A stretch of 33,736 nucleotides of DNA from Vicugna vicugna (taxonomy: Eukaryota). Shown in pieces: positions 13,584 to 23,900 of the stretch (positions within the stretch are counted from its first letter, which is position 1; every line of letters starts with the position of its first letter). Both the position numbers and the translations under genes were made by a program. The DNA is taken from the NCBI GenBank assembly GCA_013265495.1, contig MU057666.1, positions 35,933-69,668 of the forward strand, written 5' to 3'. A model generated the notes under the pieces. That model was given only the letters and a program-made list of their open reading frames with translations. It did not search any database and was not told the DNA's origin.

Positions 13584-14789
13584 CCTTAATAAAGGAGGGA
13601 AATCTAAAAAGAAGGCAAATGACTCTCCATGTTGGTGGTGAGAATCACATCTAGTCCTGTCTCCATCCATCATAGCACAAGGTATTTAAGTCCTGAATAT
13701 GATGTGCTTTCCAATGGGCATCACCAAACTTTTGTTTTCTCGATCCCTTCTTCTTAGTCTCTCCCTTAAAAGCCTAGAAGATCTACAAAAATGGGATGCT
13801 GCAAATTTGGAGTTGAGGTCTGTAAGGCAAAACCAGATGTGTAAAGGAAAGATGGCTTCCTCAACATTTGTTTGAGTACCTGGCCTATAGGAACACTAGG
13901 TTAGTACTCAGGAGTGTCCAGAGAATACAGGTTGTGATTTTTGCCCTGAGCGTGTTACAGTTGATTGTGCCCATAATGGCAGGAAAAGTAGCAAGACATG
14001 CAAACTCGTCTATGCAGGGAGGCTAAGAGACTGCAGGGGATAGAGACAGGTTATGGCCAGCGGGAGTAGATAAGGGAGGCTCCAGTGAGAACCTGGAGTG
14101 AAGTCTTGAGGAAAGAAGGCAGATAAAGATAAAAAGAAACTTCCAGGGGAGGGGAGTGGCAGAAGGGAGAGGTGAGAAGTTAAACCAGAGTGGAGGTGAG
14201 GACCAGATGAACTCTGGTTGTGCCTGGGCAGGAGGGAGCTACTGGAATTTTCTTGCAACACTATTTGGAGTTCTGACCCCCTGCAGGACTCTGCTCTGTG
14301 CTGTAGTGGGCATGATTCTCCACCTGCAGGCTTGGGCGCTGAGGCCAAACATAAGGTCCCAGGTAACCCCTCTAGGAGCCCAAAGAAGCTCCGATAACCT
14401 AATTCTCCGTAGTGGAGTGGAGGAAGGGTCTCAGACCTGACATCTGGAGGCCCTTGGCTCTGGCTGGGCAGATGTGGGACATTGTGCACTGTCCCACAGC
14501 CTGGGAGGCTCGGGCTGTCCTGCAGGAAAGCTAGCGGCCCATGATGGCTCTGAGTTAGCAGTAGGGTCTGCAAAGGATCAGCCACCTTCTCTTCCAGGAA
14601 AACGAGGCAGCTGAGAATCCCACTTAAATGTCTTCTCTGATCATCCCCTTGAAGATGAACTTGGGGGAGCTCTGCTTTCACCCCCTTTCACCGGCCACGT
14701 TCACTTCTTCCTCTGCCCCTGGGACTGTGCCCGCCTTCACTTTTCTCTCTCTGAGGGTGTGGGTGTCATGGTTGTTACCCAAGCATTTT

Positions 14790-14875
14790 TTTTTTAATTT
14801 TTAAATTTTTTAAAATTGAAGTGTAGTCAGTTTATAATGTTGCCTTAATTTCTGGTGTACAGCATAGTGATTCAG

Positions 14876-14910
<35 letters not shown>

Positions 14911-15080
14911 TTCCTTTTCATATTCTTTCTCATCTTTATAGGCAATTGCAAGTTATTGCATATAGTTCCCTGTGTGCTACACAGTAGGACCTTCCTGTTT
15001 CTCTATTTTATATATAGTAATTAGTACCTGCAAATCCCAAACTCCCAATTTTTCCCTCCACCCATTCCTTCCCCACCCTA
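14790..15080 (-). mobile_element. 5'-truncated L1 3' end with internal (TA)n and 16-bp TSD
   Basis: Poly(T) followed by attgaagtgtagtcagtttataatgttg...ttctggtgtacagcatagtgattcag...atatagttccctg...aatcccaaactcccaattt. TSD gttacccaa(g/a)catttt at 14774-14789 and 15081-15096. Confidence 0.9.
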
Positions 15081-15289
15081 GTTACCCAAACATTTTAAAT
15101 GTTCATAATTCATCTTTGTATGAACTAGTAACAGAAGTTATTAGCTCAGTAAGTAGAGAGTACCTAAGGTTAGCAGGAATTTTACTGAACATTCATAGTA
15201 ACGTGAGTGGCCTGCATCGCGGGTGGTTGGTGATGTGATGCTGCTACCTGGACCCCCGGGGGGACCTGGCAGCTTTGCTCTGTCGCCCC

Positions 15290-15580
15290 CTCCTCCAACA
15301 AGTCCCTCATCCTAAACCCCCTCCTCCACGCTCTTTCCTCCCCGACTTCCTTTCTCCTTCATTTCACACTCTTCATGCCTTGTTTTGTTTCTACCTTTCC
15401 TTCCCCATTCTGCCTACTCTGATTCCCTCTTCACTTCCTTTCATTTTAAATTCTCCATTTAAGTCTTTCTTCTCTCCTTTCATAAGTATTTCCTCCCTTC
15501 CTCCCTCCCTTCCTTCCTTTGTTCCCCCTCTCTCTTCTCTCCCTTTCCCTTCACCTCATTCCTTCCATCTTTCCTTCCAG
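15290..15580. repeat. Pyrimidine-rich (CT-rich) low-complexity tract
   Basis: Runs such as cctcccttcctccctcccttccttcctt. Confidence 0.7.
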
Positions 15581-16264
15581 CAAGTTGGTACAAGGCCTTG
15601 CTCTGGGCTCTGTTCTGGATGCAGGGGTCCCAGAAGAGGGGGGCAGAAAGCCTGGTCCCTGGCAGCCCTCCTCTTGATTAAATCAGGGTTAAATTTCTGT
15701 CCGTTCTTTCATTTAGCGAATCTCATAAAAACGGTTGGGTGTGTTTCACCATATCTGACAAGGACGTGCACGATCTTGGCCTGACCTGAGGCCCAGGTCA
15801 CGTGGTACCCAGGGAGCCCACTTTGGAGGATGGGGGGCAGTGGGGAGGGGTTGGGGAGAGCGAGGTGGTCATTTTCCAGAGTGGCTGCAGCCAGGCAGCC
15901 CTTCAGACTCCTCCGTGAGCAGCAGCAGGGTTTTCTTTCTCTGTTGAGAGCAGGTGCCTCCCCACAGGATGCCAGGAATGTCAATGAGGAGGGAGTGGGT
16001 GGGACACAGAAAACAGGATGATGGGGGCTCATGTAGACCTGAGTCAGAAAAGGGCTGTTTTGAGGAGCTGATCTGAACTTGAAGGATGGGGAGATTGTTG
16101 CAGAGGAGGACAGGGGCAGGGACACATGCTAAAATTAGGAATGAAGATGATGCCTTAATCAGCAAAGGATGGAGGAGGCAAATGGGGGTAGAGGGAGAAA
16201 CTACTGCCTCCAAGAAAGGTAATGAGGGCTTGTTCCCTTGAGGGCAGATCTGACAGCAAAGTTA

Positions 16265-16490
16265 TGAGACAGGCTCTGGAGCCTGGATCACGTGGGTTCA
16301 AATCCTCGCTCTGCCACTTACTGATATGTGACTGTGAGCAAGTTACTAAACCTCTCTGTGCCTTACCTGTCTTCTCTGAAAAATGAGATAATGGTAACAT
16401 TTATCTCAGGGACATTATGAAGATTAAATAAGTTTATACCGATACGGTGCTTAGAAAAGCAGCAGGTACGTAGTGAAGACCTGACGCTGT
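16265..16490 (+). mobile_element. MIR SINE, near full length
   Basis: ggctctggagcctg...gggttcaaatcctcgctctgccacttactgatatgtgactgtgagcaagttactaaacctctctgtgcct...aaaatgagataatggta...gaagattaaataag...gtgcttagaa closely follows the MIR consensus. Confidence 0.9.
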
Positions 16491-16839
16491 TGGCAACGAT
16501 TGTTAATGGATTGCCAACTCAGAGATTCTCAAAACTGGAGCGCAGAGTGGGAGGAGGGGACCAAAAACTAAAAACTTGTTGGAATGTCTTTATTCCAGCT
16601 CCTTCATTTTGCAGAGGGTGATGCTGTAGCTTATGTAACTGCACTTGGGGAGCCTTAGAGATCAAAGCAAAGATTTTTCAGCCCAGAACTTCCTCCATCC
16701 TTATTGGGCAGTAGCAGTAGGAGTGAAAGGAAAGGAAAAGAGAGGCATTTTAAAGAAAGGACAGCACAAACCTGATGACAGATTGTATGACTCTGCAGAG
16801 ATAGGAGAGCTGATATATTCACTGACAGGCCCAGAGCTG

Positions 16840-17050
16840 ATATTCATTGGCTGCTTGAGGCTTCACTTGAAGAACTTTACATGTATTAACTCATTTTAGC
16901 TTCACAGTAACACTATGATGTAGGCTCTATTTTTTATCTCCATTTTATAGGTGGGATCACTGAGTCACAGAACAGCTTAGAAAATTATCTGACCAAAATG
17001 TGGTTGGATAATAAGGATCTAGACTCAGAAAGTCTGGCTATAGATCAACC
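16840..17050 (-). mobile_element. MIR SINE
   Basis: actttacatgtattaactcatttt...cacagtaacactatgatgtagg...atctccattttatagg...actgagtcacagaa. Confidence 0.7.
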
Positions 17051-17504
17051 CTTCCCACCCCACCTTGGCACCACAGTATATGACTTCTTCAGACCAGAGG
17101 AGCTGGCTTGGCTTGAGTGAGGGAAGACTCGGAAAGCAGAGATCACCTTCACTGCTACTTACCCCTGTGGTGTTTCCCTAATCCACAGACTGTGCCTGTG
17201 GAGGAGGAGGGGAAGGGGAGCATTCTTAATATACTCAACTATTCATAGTCGAACCACAGAATGAACTGCATCAGTCTTAAAAGTTTTCACATGTATTAAC
17301 TTTTACTTCAGAAAAGAGACTGGAACCTCCTTGAGAGCAAGGAGCAGAGTTAGACACTTTATTACACCCTCACTTAAACCCATAGAGATGGGCACTTAGT
17401 GGGGGTCTGGTAAATACTGATGGTCTAACAGAAAGCAGAGGGGTTTAGGGACTGAGGAAGGATAGTGAGGGTCCCTGAATTATAGAGGAGGCACAAAGCT
17501 GCAT

Positions 17505-18131
17505 TCTTAGGAACAGGTGTAGCTATTGTGGGCAAGAGGGTCTTGTCACAGAAAGAATTCAGAGACAAGACACAGAGGTTAAGAAAGTAAAGATTTATTA
17601 AGAGATGGATAGTACACTTTCGAGGGGAGAGTGGGCAGGCTCAGTTGAGCAGCTGCCCTGAGTTTCCTTGGCAAGCTCGGTTATATGGGTGCAAAAGTGA
17701 ACGGGCAGAATAGTCATTGGCAGGGAGGGCTTTGGGGTTGTCTTTCCTGATCTTCATCCCAGCTCCACCTCCCCAGGTGGGGAGGAGGGATTTTTTTGTC
17801 TTTATTTAGTCTTGATTGGGAAGTTGGATGAGGTCATAATGAACAAAAGGTTACATTTGGGTGGGGCTCTCATAAGCAAAATGGTTACATATGGATGGAG
17901 GTCATAATGATCGAAAGGTTACATTCGGATGGTGAGGATTCCTGTCCTGTCCCACCCTTCTGCCTCCAGGATGCTTATCAACCCAGAAGGTATGGCTTTT
18001 TATCAGTCCAGAGGACTCCATTTTTCTTAGTCTGTCCAAGGACCCCTGTTGTTTACAGGATGTACGGTTTTCTACCATTTGCCCATGCCCCCCTTTCTCT
18101 GCTCGTATCTAGCTACCTGCCTGCTCTAACA
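17505..18131 (-). mobile_element. ERV-type solo LTR, sense to SPTLC3
   Basis: The minus strand starts TGTTAGAGCAGG; the other end, tcttaggaacagg, forms an imperfect terminal inverted repeat. Minus-strand ATATAA at 17681-17686 and AATAAA at 17594-17599. U3-like tandem repeats (gaggtcataatga...aaaggttacatt) at about 17827-17933. TSD not resolved. Confidence 0.7.
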
Positions 18132-18341
18132 TAGCAATATTCTCCTAGTGCTGGGGCATCACTGACAAAGATCAAAGAAGCAAAACAAAGCTGCTTTTTA
18201 TCCCTAAAGGGCTCCTTATGTCCCCAGCCCCCAGTTTTCCTTTTCAAATCAAGGAATTTCACAAAGCCAAGGTCATGTGTATCCTTAGTTTGAATTAGTA
18301 CCTCATCAACTCAGTATCACTTCCTTTTGACACTGAGACTG

Positions 18342-18959
18342 TGAGACAGGATGGAAGGGAGTAGAGCCATTCAATGAATGCTACATCAATTAACATCAAA
18401 ATGGTGAAAGATTCAACCCCCAGTAGGCCTTGAGCTCAGGATGATGAAAGATTTAACTTCTAGTAGATCTTGAGCTTCATTATACACCCATTGTTAGTAT
18501 TAACATGGTGAATAACATACCCACAGGCACCATGGCAGTCCCAAGGCTAACCACAAAAGGTCAAAGCATGGAAATGGCCAACTCCCTGGGAATCCCTGCC
18601 CCTTCCCCTTAGACTGGTCCTTCCACTTATTAGCATATGAAGCCACCAAGCCCATAAAAACCAGCAACATGGCACCTCACGGCCGCCCCTCTCTCCCTCT
18701 CTTTGGAAAAGGCCCGCATTCTGTCTATGGAATGTGTACCTACTTTTAATCAGAGCACCCAACCCCCACACCTCATGGCCTTTTTCTTGCCTTTCAATGT
18801 ATCTCTCTGAATAAATCTACCTTTACTCAACTGTGGCTTGCTCTTGAATTCTTTCCTGCACAAAGCCAAGGACCCACGCTTGGCGGGGCACATCCCAGGG
18901 GCTCAACCGAAGCCTGGGACACAGCCCTTCTCATGCTCCATATCTGTTTTCCTGCATCA
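18342..18959 (+). mobile_element. ERV1-type solo LTR (copy A)
   Basis: TG...CA ends (tgagacagg ... tttcctgcatca); cataaaaa at 18653-18660; AATAAA at 18810-18815; 4-bp flanks actg/gctg; clearly homologous to 30586-31245. Confidence 0.85.
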
Positions 18960-21029
18960 GCTGTATTGTCCTTAATCTTACTTCTTTCAGACTGAGTCCA
19001 CCTTCTCTCAGAGTCTGAGTGTGTGGATGGGAGCTAATTTGCTTGTGTGGTTCAGAAAGTAGGTCTCTTGGAGTAACTTCTGCAGAGTATCAGGGGAGCC
19101 TCGGCTCCTGGTTTCTGATTCCCTCCTGTCACTCACCCACTGGGCGCCATGAGCAATTAAGAGTTGGCTTTGGTCTCTGGCAAGGCGGGTCTGGGTTGTG
19201 TTTTCCTTTGGGAGTGGGGTGGGGTGGGGGTGTTACAGGTCTCCTCAGACCGAGTTTCCAAGGCCATTAGTAAGTGCAAAACTAGAGCCTAGAGTTCAAG
19301 GACAAAGGTGGCTTTTCTGAGGAAATCAGACAGGAGACTCTCAGAATAAACATCTTGGTGTTCATTGCACGACCCCCATTTACTTCAAAGCGCTGTTTAA
19401 AACAGCCAGGCCTGAGCACACAGGGCAGAGCTGGCTTCTGCCTTGGTCTGTTGCCAGGCTCCTGGGGTAACACTCACTCCAAACCTGGCTGCCCTGCCGC
19501 ACCTCCCTCCTCCAGAACCCCAGCCCTGCAACCCAGCAGTCAGGAGGGTTGCCTTGTCCCCATTCGTTCGCCAGTGCCTGGCCTTGTGGAGGCTGTGAAA
19601 GCCAGTGGTCAGCCCCAGGCAGGCAAGAGGACTCAGGATCCTGCCTGAGACAAATCTGGACCCAGAACCTGGGGTCCACAGTGTCATCCACATCTCAGAG
19701 ACTGGAGCAACACAAATTAAAAAATAAAATAAGGAAACTAGCCCTGTCAACTCAGACTTCCTTCAAAGAAGCCGTTTATGGAGGGGAGCTCTGAGAGGTG
19801 GAGAGAAGTAGGGACCTGGCATTTCACTGAAGGTCTGGAAAGAACGGAATACTTCAAGTTGGGTTGTTCGCAGGTCATCTCCAGCACCTCCAAACTCACA
19901 GGGAGCAAAACAGCAAAACCTTTCTGGCTCTTGAGAGACTGTATTTGCAGGTTCCCTGACGTGGGGAGAGTTGGTCTGGCCAGGGCAGGAAACTCCAAGA
20001 GCAGAGATGAACTGCAGGATGTTTTGTTACTGGAAGGCTGAAGCCAAGACAAAATCTCTCCTCTCTGTTGTCGTATCTTAGCACCAAACCACTTTTTCTC
20101 TTGTGTGTTTCCAAATATATTTTCTTATGTGACACATCTTGTTGCTAATGGGTGCAGTTCCGACCTTGATCTGCTCCATAAAGATTTCTAGAGCCTCCTA
20201 GAAACTGTTACTAGGAATATCGTCCCTCTACCACTAACACGGATGTTGACAGTTAAAAGGAGAGTGAAGAGCTAGGCAGTTTTATAGTTTTCTAGATTTT
20301 TGGACCCAAGTGATTATTTTCAGATCTCAAGATTTACTAGAAACCCTATGAACACTGGAATTATTAAGATTTTGGAGAAATGTAAAGAAAGTCCTTTAAC
20401 ATTTATTTTAAAATATCCAGGAAAAAATATGTATAACGATACTCGGAAAACTAAACTCTAATTATTTAAATATATAATAGGAAGAGTTTTTTCAAACAAA
20501 GATCTTTAGCATTTCCCCAATCCTGCGTCCTATCAAAAGCGTAGTTTACAACAAACTTAAAGTGAGAATTCTTCACAAAATTCTTCAAAGTTCAGGAGAA
20601 TCAAAACTATGATTTAAATTGAAACTACACATAAGTTAAAATTAACATAATGTAACAAATTAAAGGCACAGAGGAGCAGATGAATAAGTTCCATTAACTC
20701 ATAGGCTCCTGAGGCTAGAAGGAAACCAGTTTCCCTGGGTTTATCACAGTCTCACCAAATGATTCCAGACAGGTGTTTACCTGACTGATTTTAAAATCAC
20801 CAGCAAACAACATATGCAGACATTTTCTCAAGGGACCTCCTATCTCGTGCGCATGCACCACATCTTGAAGATTGTTCCGTTTTCTAGGTTTTGTGTCTTG
20901 CTACTTCAGACCAGCAGGTACCAGCTAAAGTTAGTTAAAAGTTAAAGTTAGATCCAGCTAAAGAGCCTCCGCCAAAGGCGCTCTGATTCTTGCTGCCACC
21001 TAGTGGTAAATTCAGAGACTGCAGTGTAA

Positions 21030-21140
21030 CACGGAGGCGGGGAGACGGAGGAATTGGGGAGGAGGAAGTGGGTAGGCGGTAGGGGAGGGAGGATGAGGAG
21101 GGGAAGGGGTGGGGAGAAGGAAGGAAAGGAGGAAGAATGA
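21030..21140. repeat. Purine-rich (GGA/GGGGA) low-complexity tract
   Basis: ggggagggaggatgaggaggggaaggggtggggagaaggaaggaaaggagga. Confidence 0.65.
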
Positions 21141-22973
21141 TGCAGCCCTCTGGGTCCAAGTATGCACAGAATGAGTTTTTAAAGAGCAAAAATATTTTGC
21201 ATACTTTTTCTTCATCCTGATTAATGTAAATAATCACAATTGCTCAGTATCTACCCCAAATCAATAAAGGTTACATAAACAAGAACACATACACTTTTAA
21301 ATTAATCCACCAGACTTCAGGATGGAGTGTACGAGAGAGAACTACACTGAACTGGTCGGAACTTCGGGCTGTCAGGAGTCCTTGTTTCAAGCGGGTTTCA
21401 ATGAAGGAACTCTAAGGGGAAAATTGTGACAGCTACCAAATTTAACAGCATTTCAAGGATCCACTCACTTCAGTTTATTCAGGTGCCTTTGGTTCAGGAA
21501 GTAGAGTTACACTTGGTGAAAAAAATCTGTAGCTCAGAACTGCTGCTAAAGTCATCACAAAACCACAAGCTAACAGAGGAGAGTAGCCGGGGTGAGGGCG
21601 CTTCTAAGTTCGAGACCTTCTGATCCCATGGCTTTGACAGTCGAGGAGAGGAACATTTAACCTCTCACCATATTCAGCCGAGTTCTGTAGCATCCTGGGC
21701 ACCCCTATGTTTTTAGCATCTCCCAGCTAACTCTTTCAGGCCAGAGGGGGGAAGATGAACAACAACGTGCTGAGCTCGGAAGATAGTGATGCTTATGGAA
21801 GGGTGAAGACCACTGAAAGCTCTGGACATTTTAAGCATTTGTGCACCACATGGCAATGTGAGTGGCCACAATAAAATCTGTCATTTTAAACCATGGGCAA
21901 TCAGATGGATTTTGGCTGTACTCCCTGGTTTGTCTAACTGGTTTCCCAAGAGTCTGAACTCCTGTTCCTGCTGGTGACAATGAGTAAGGATTTCAGAATT
22001 TCAGATGAGCCATTAGCCACCACCTGCATGCACTCCTTTTGGGCTGCTGTACCCTTGTAGGTGGAACCAACACCATCCTGACAGTCTCTTGGGACAGGTG
22101 TAGGCCTGTAGAGATAGCTACTAGGATTTGGACAAAACTGTCGTACAAGGGAGCAGATAACTGCGTCTTTTATCCCTCAAACCTAGGTTTTAACATTTCG
22201 TTTTCTTTCTCTCCTTCCCCTCCCTCTTCTTTTAAAATTCTCTTGAACATTTCTTTTATATTGGTAACCCCCTTGGTGATATTGGCACTAGAAAGACAGG
22301 GGTAACAGTCTAATTCCATCAGATCAGAATCTGAAGTCATGTAGATAAGAAGTTGGAAGATGACAAGGCTTGACCCATGGCTTATCCAAAATTGTGGGAG
22401 AGAATTATTTTGCAGAGAAAAATCTTGAAAAAAAGACATTTCTGATCTTGCTACTATTTTGATTAAAACTCTTAAACCCCACAACTTATAGCACAGGGTC
22501 TGCCTTCTTAACACCTCACCTTTGACCACTGTTTCTACCACCCACCTTGTGTTTTTCTTGCCACACAACCAAGCTACTTACAGTTTTGTGACATCCCTTA
22601 TCACTTCTGTGGTGTGATATTCATTATCCCCTCTTTCTGAAATATAACCCCCCCATCATTTGTCTGCAAGACTGACATTCATTCTAAGACTTCTTAGATT
22701 CTGCCCAGCAGAGGTCGTCATCCCTCTCCTTTGTACTAAGTCTGTGCCTGTGAACACAGTGCTGTCTTTTTATGCTCATGTGATCACTCATCACAGGCTC
22801 CTCTGCTCTAACAGAGAGTGAGCTCCTCGACCTTCTGGGCCTGGCTTGGCTGTGACCATGCTGCGGCTACCCTGCGCTGATGGATCGGGGTGTGCTGAGC
22901 TGAACTGGAGCGCTCATGGGAATCACAGAACCCCGAAGACTGCCTTCCCAGACACAAGGGACCTCTCTCTTAC

Positions 22974-23193
22974 CTTCCTTCCAGCTGTGTAACCTCCTAA
23001 GGCTCCAAAGCTTTTGGTGAATGTGCCCATGCACACATCAACATCTCTGGGGTCCATTCCAAAGAACTCCACCACACCATGACCGCTGGTGCCCACAGAT
23101 CTGATACTGTGAGCTTCATCTATGTAGAGGTAAGCCTTGTATTTCTTCTTGAAGGCCACAATCTGGGGCAGACGCACGATGGAACATTCCATA
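22974..23193 (-). CDS. SPTLC3: SPTLC3-like coding exon (about exon 8; PLP-binding region), probably part of a degenerate duplicate
   Basis: Translates as (S)[73 protein letters not shown], matching SPTLC3 [32 protein letters not shown]...[20 protein letters not shown] acceptor at 23195-23194, donor AAG|GTAAGA at 22974/22973, length 220 bp. Confidence 0.9.
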
Positions 23194-23195
23194 CT

Positions 23196-23762
23196 AGAGC
23201 ATAAGCCTCCTGGGACGTGTGGATTCTCATGACCTCTCCCAGGGACTTGAGCACTTTTAGTATCTCTGCCATCTCCTCTTGTTTAGACTGCAGGAATCTC
23301 CCTTTCTTCAGTTCTTTAACCAGAGAATTGAGTTCCTTCCTCAAACTCAGGTTGACCCTCATCATTTTTCTGTAAGTATCAGCGAGGCTAAGTATATTTA
23401 CTGAATCTTTGTCGAACCTGGCATTCTCTACAGATGTCTCCATCCCAGCGTTCTCCTTTTTAGCAGCACAAATCTTGTCAATGAGTTGGCATTTCTCCTC
23501 AATCAGAGCAGCCGGCGTTTTTTGCCAACTTCTCTTCATGTCTTCCATAAAGTCAACTTCTATAAGACGGAACAAGTCTGAAAGTACATAAGACACACAC
23601 CAATAAGCTGATGACAGGTGGACATGCCAATGTCTGCCCTTCTAGGTTCTGGGAAGACAACCATGAACTCAGGCCATTGGGCAGCAGCAACACCACGACC
23701 TCACTCAGCTTCCCAAAGACGAGCCCTAAGCCAAGCTCCACAGAGGACGGCAGCCCCTCCAT
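23196..23762 (-). pseudogene. MIA2: Processed cTAGE5/MIA2-family retrocopy (N-terminal hydrophobic segment plus first coiled coil), 3'-truncated
   Basis: MEGLPSSVELGLGLVFGKLSEVVVLLLP...ISLLVCVLCTFRLVPSYRS*LYGRHEEKLAK/TPAALIEEKCQLIDKICAAKKENAGMETSVENARFDKD...[32 protein letters not shown] resembles cTAGE5 MEEPGATPQPYLGL...RSVRSRLYVGREKKLA...LIEEK..LLEKFSLVQKEY...SEQDELMADISKRIQSL. It is continuous across several parental exon junctions. TGA at 23555-23553; +1 frameshift in the T6 run at 23518-23523. Confidence 0.8.
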
Positions 23763-23900
23763 GGCACTGATCCACCACAGGGCTCTGCCCTGTTACCATG
23801 GATCCCCCAGCCACGACAAGCCCCGGGGAACACACCAACATTCCACCTGGAACCCAGCCAGCAACTGACACCCTGGATTGGCCAGGGATCTTGTCAGTGT
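23763..23900 (-). promoter_or_regulatory. Putative 5' UTR and proximal promoter of the cTAGE-like retrocopy
   Basis: Kozak context agtgccATGG; GC-rich leader (ggcttgtcgtggctgg); CCAAT on the minus strand (ATTGG at 23877-23881); X-box-like GTTACCATGGATCC at 23792-23805. Confidence 0.4.

Larger units (their letters stand above)
13457..23193 (-). pseudogene. SPTLC3: Probable unprocessed partial duplicate or pseudogene of SPTLC3 (two exons and a 9.4-kb intron in this window)
   Basis: Two consecutive SPTLC3 exons in the correct order. The in-frame acceptor of the second exon is lost, there are substitutions in conserved motifs (SMEG>SMEC, DEAHSIG>DEAHSIR), and the upstream intron position is occupied by a cTAGE retrocopy. 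Confidence 0.7.

Noticed and set aside
13584..13673. N-terminal extension MMDGDRTRC... of the 13410-13673 ORF as coding
   Set aside because: No SPTLC3 similarity; it is intron sequence (polypyrimidine tract) that happens to be open.
14010..14681. Longest ORF in the track (223 aa, minus strand)
   Set aside because: Non-ATG start, no recognisable domain, Ser/Leu/Pro-rich composition, and an intronic location; probably a chance ORF.
15275..15784. 169-aa Pro/Ser/Phe-rich ORF
   Set aside because: Product of a CT-rich low-complexity tract.
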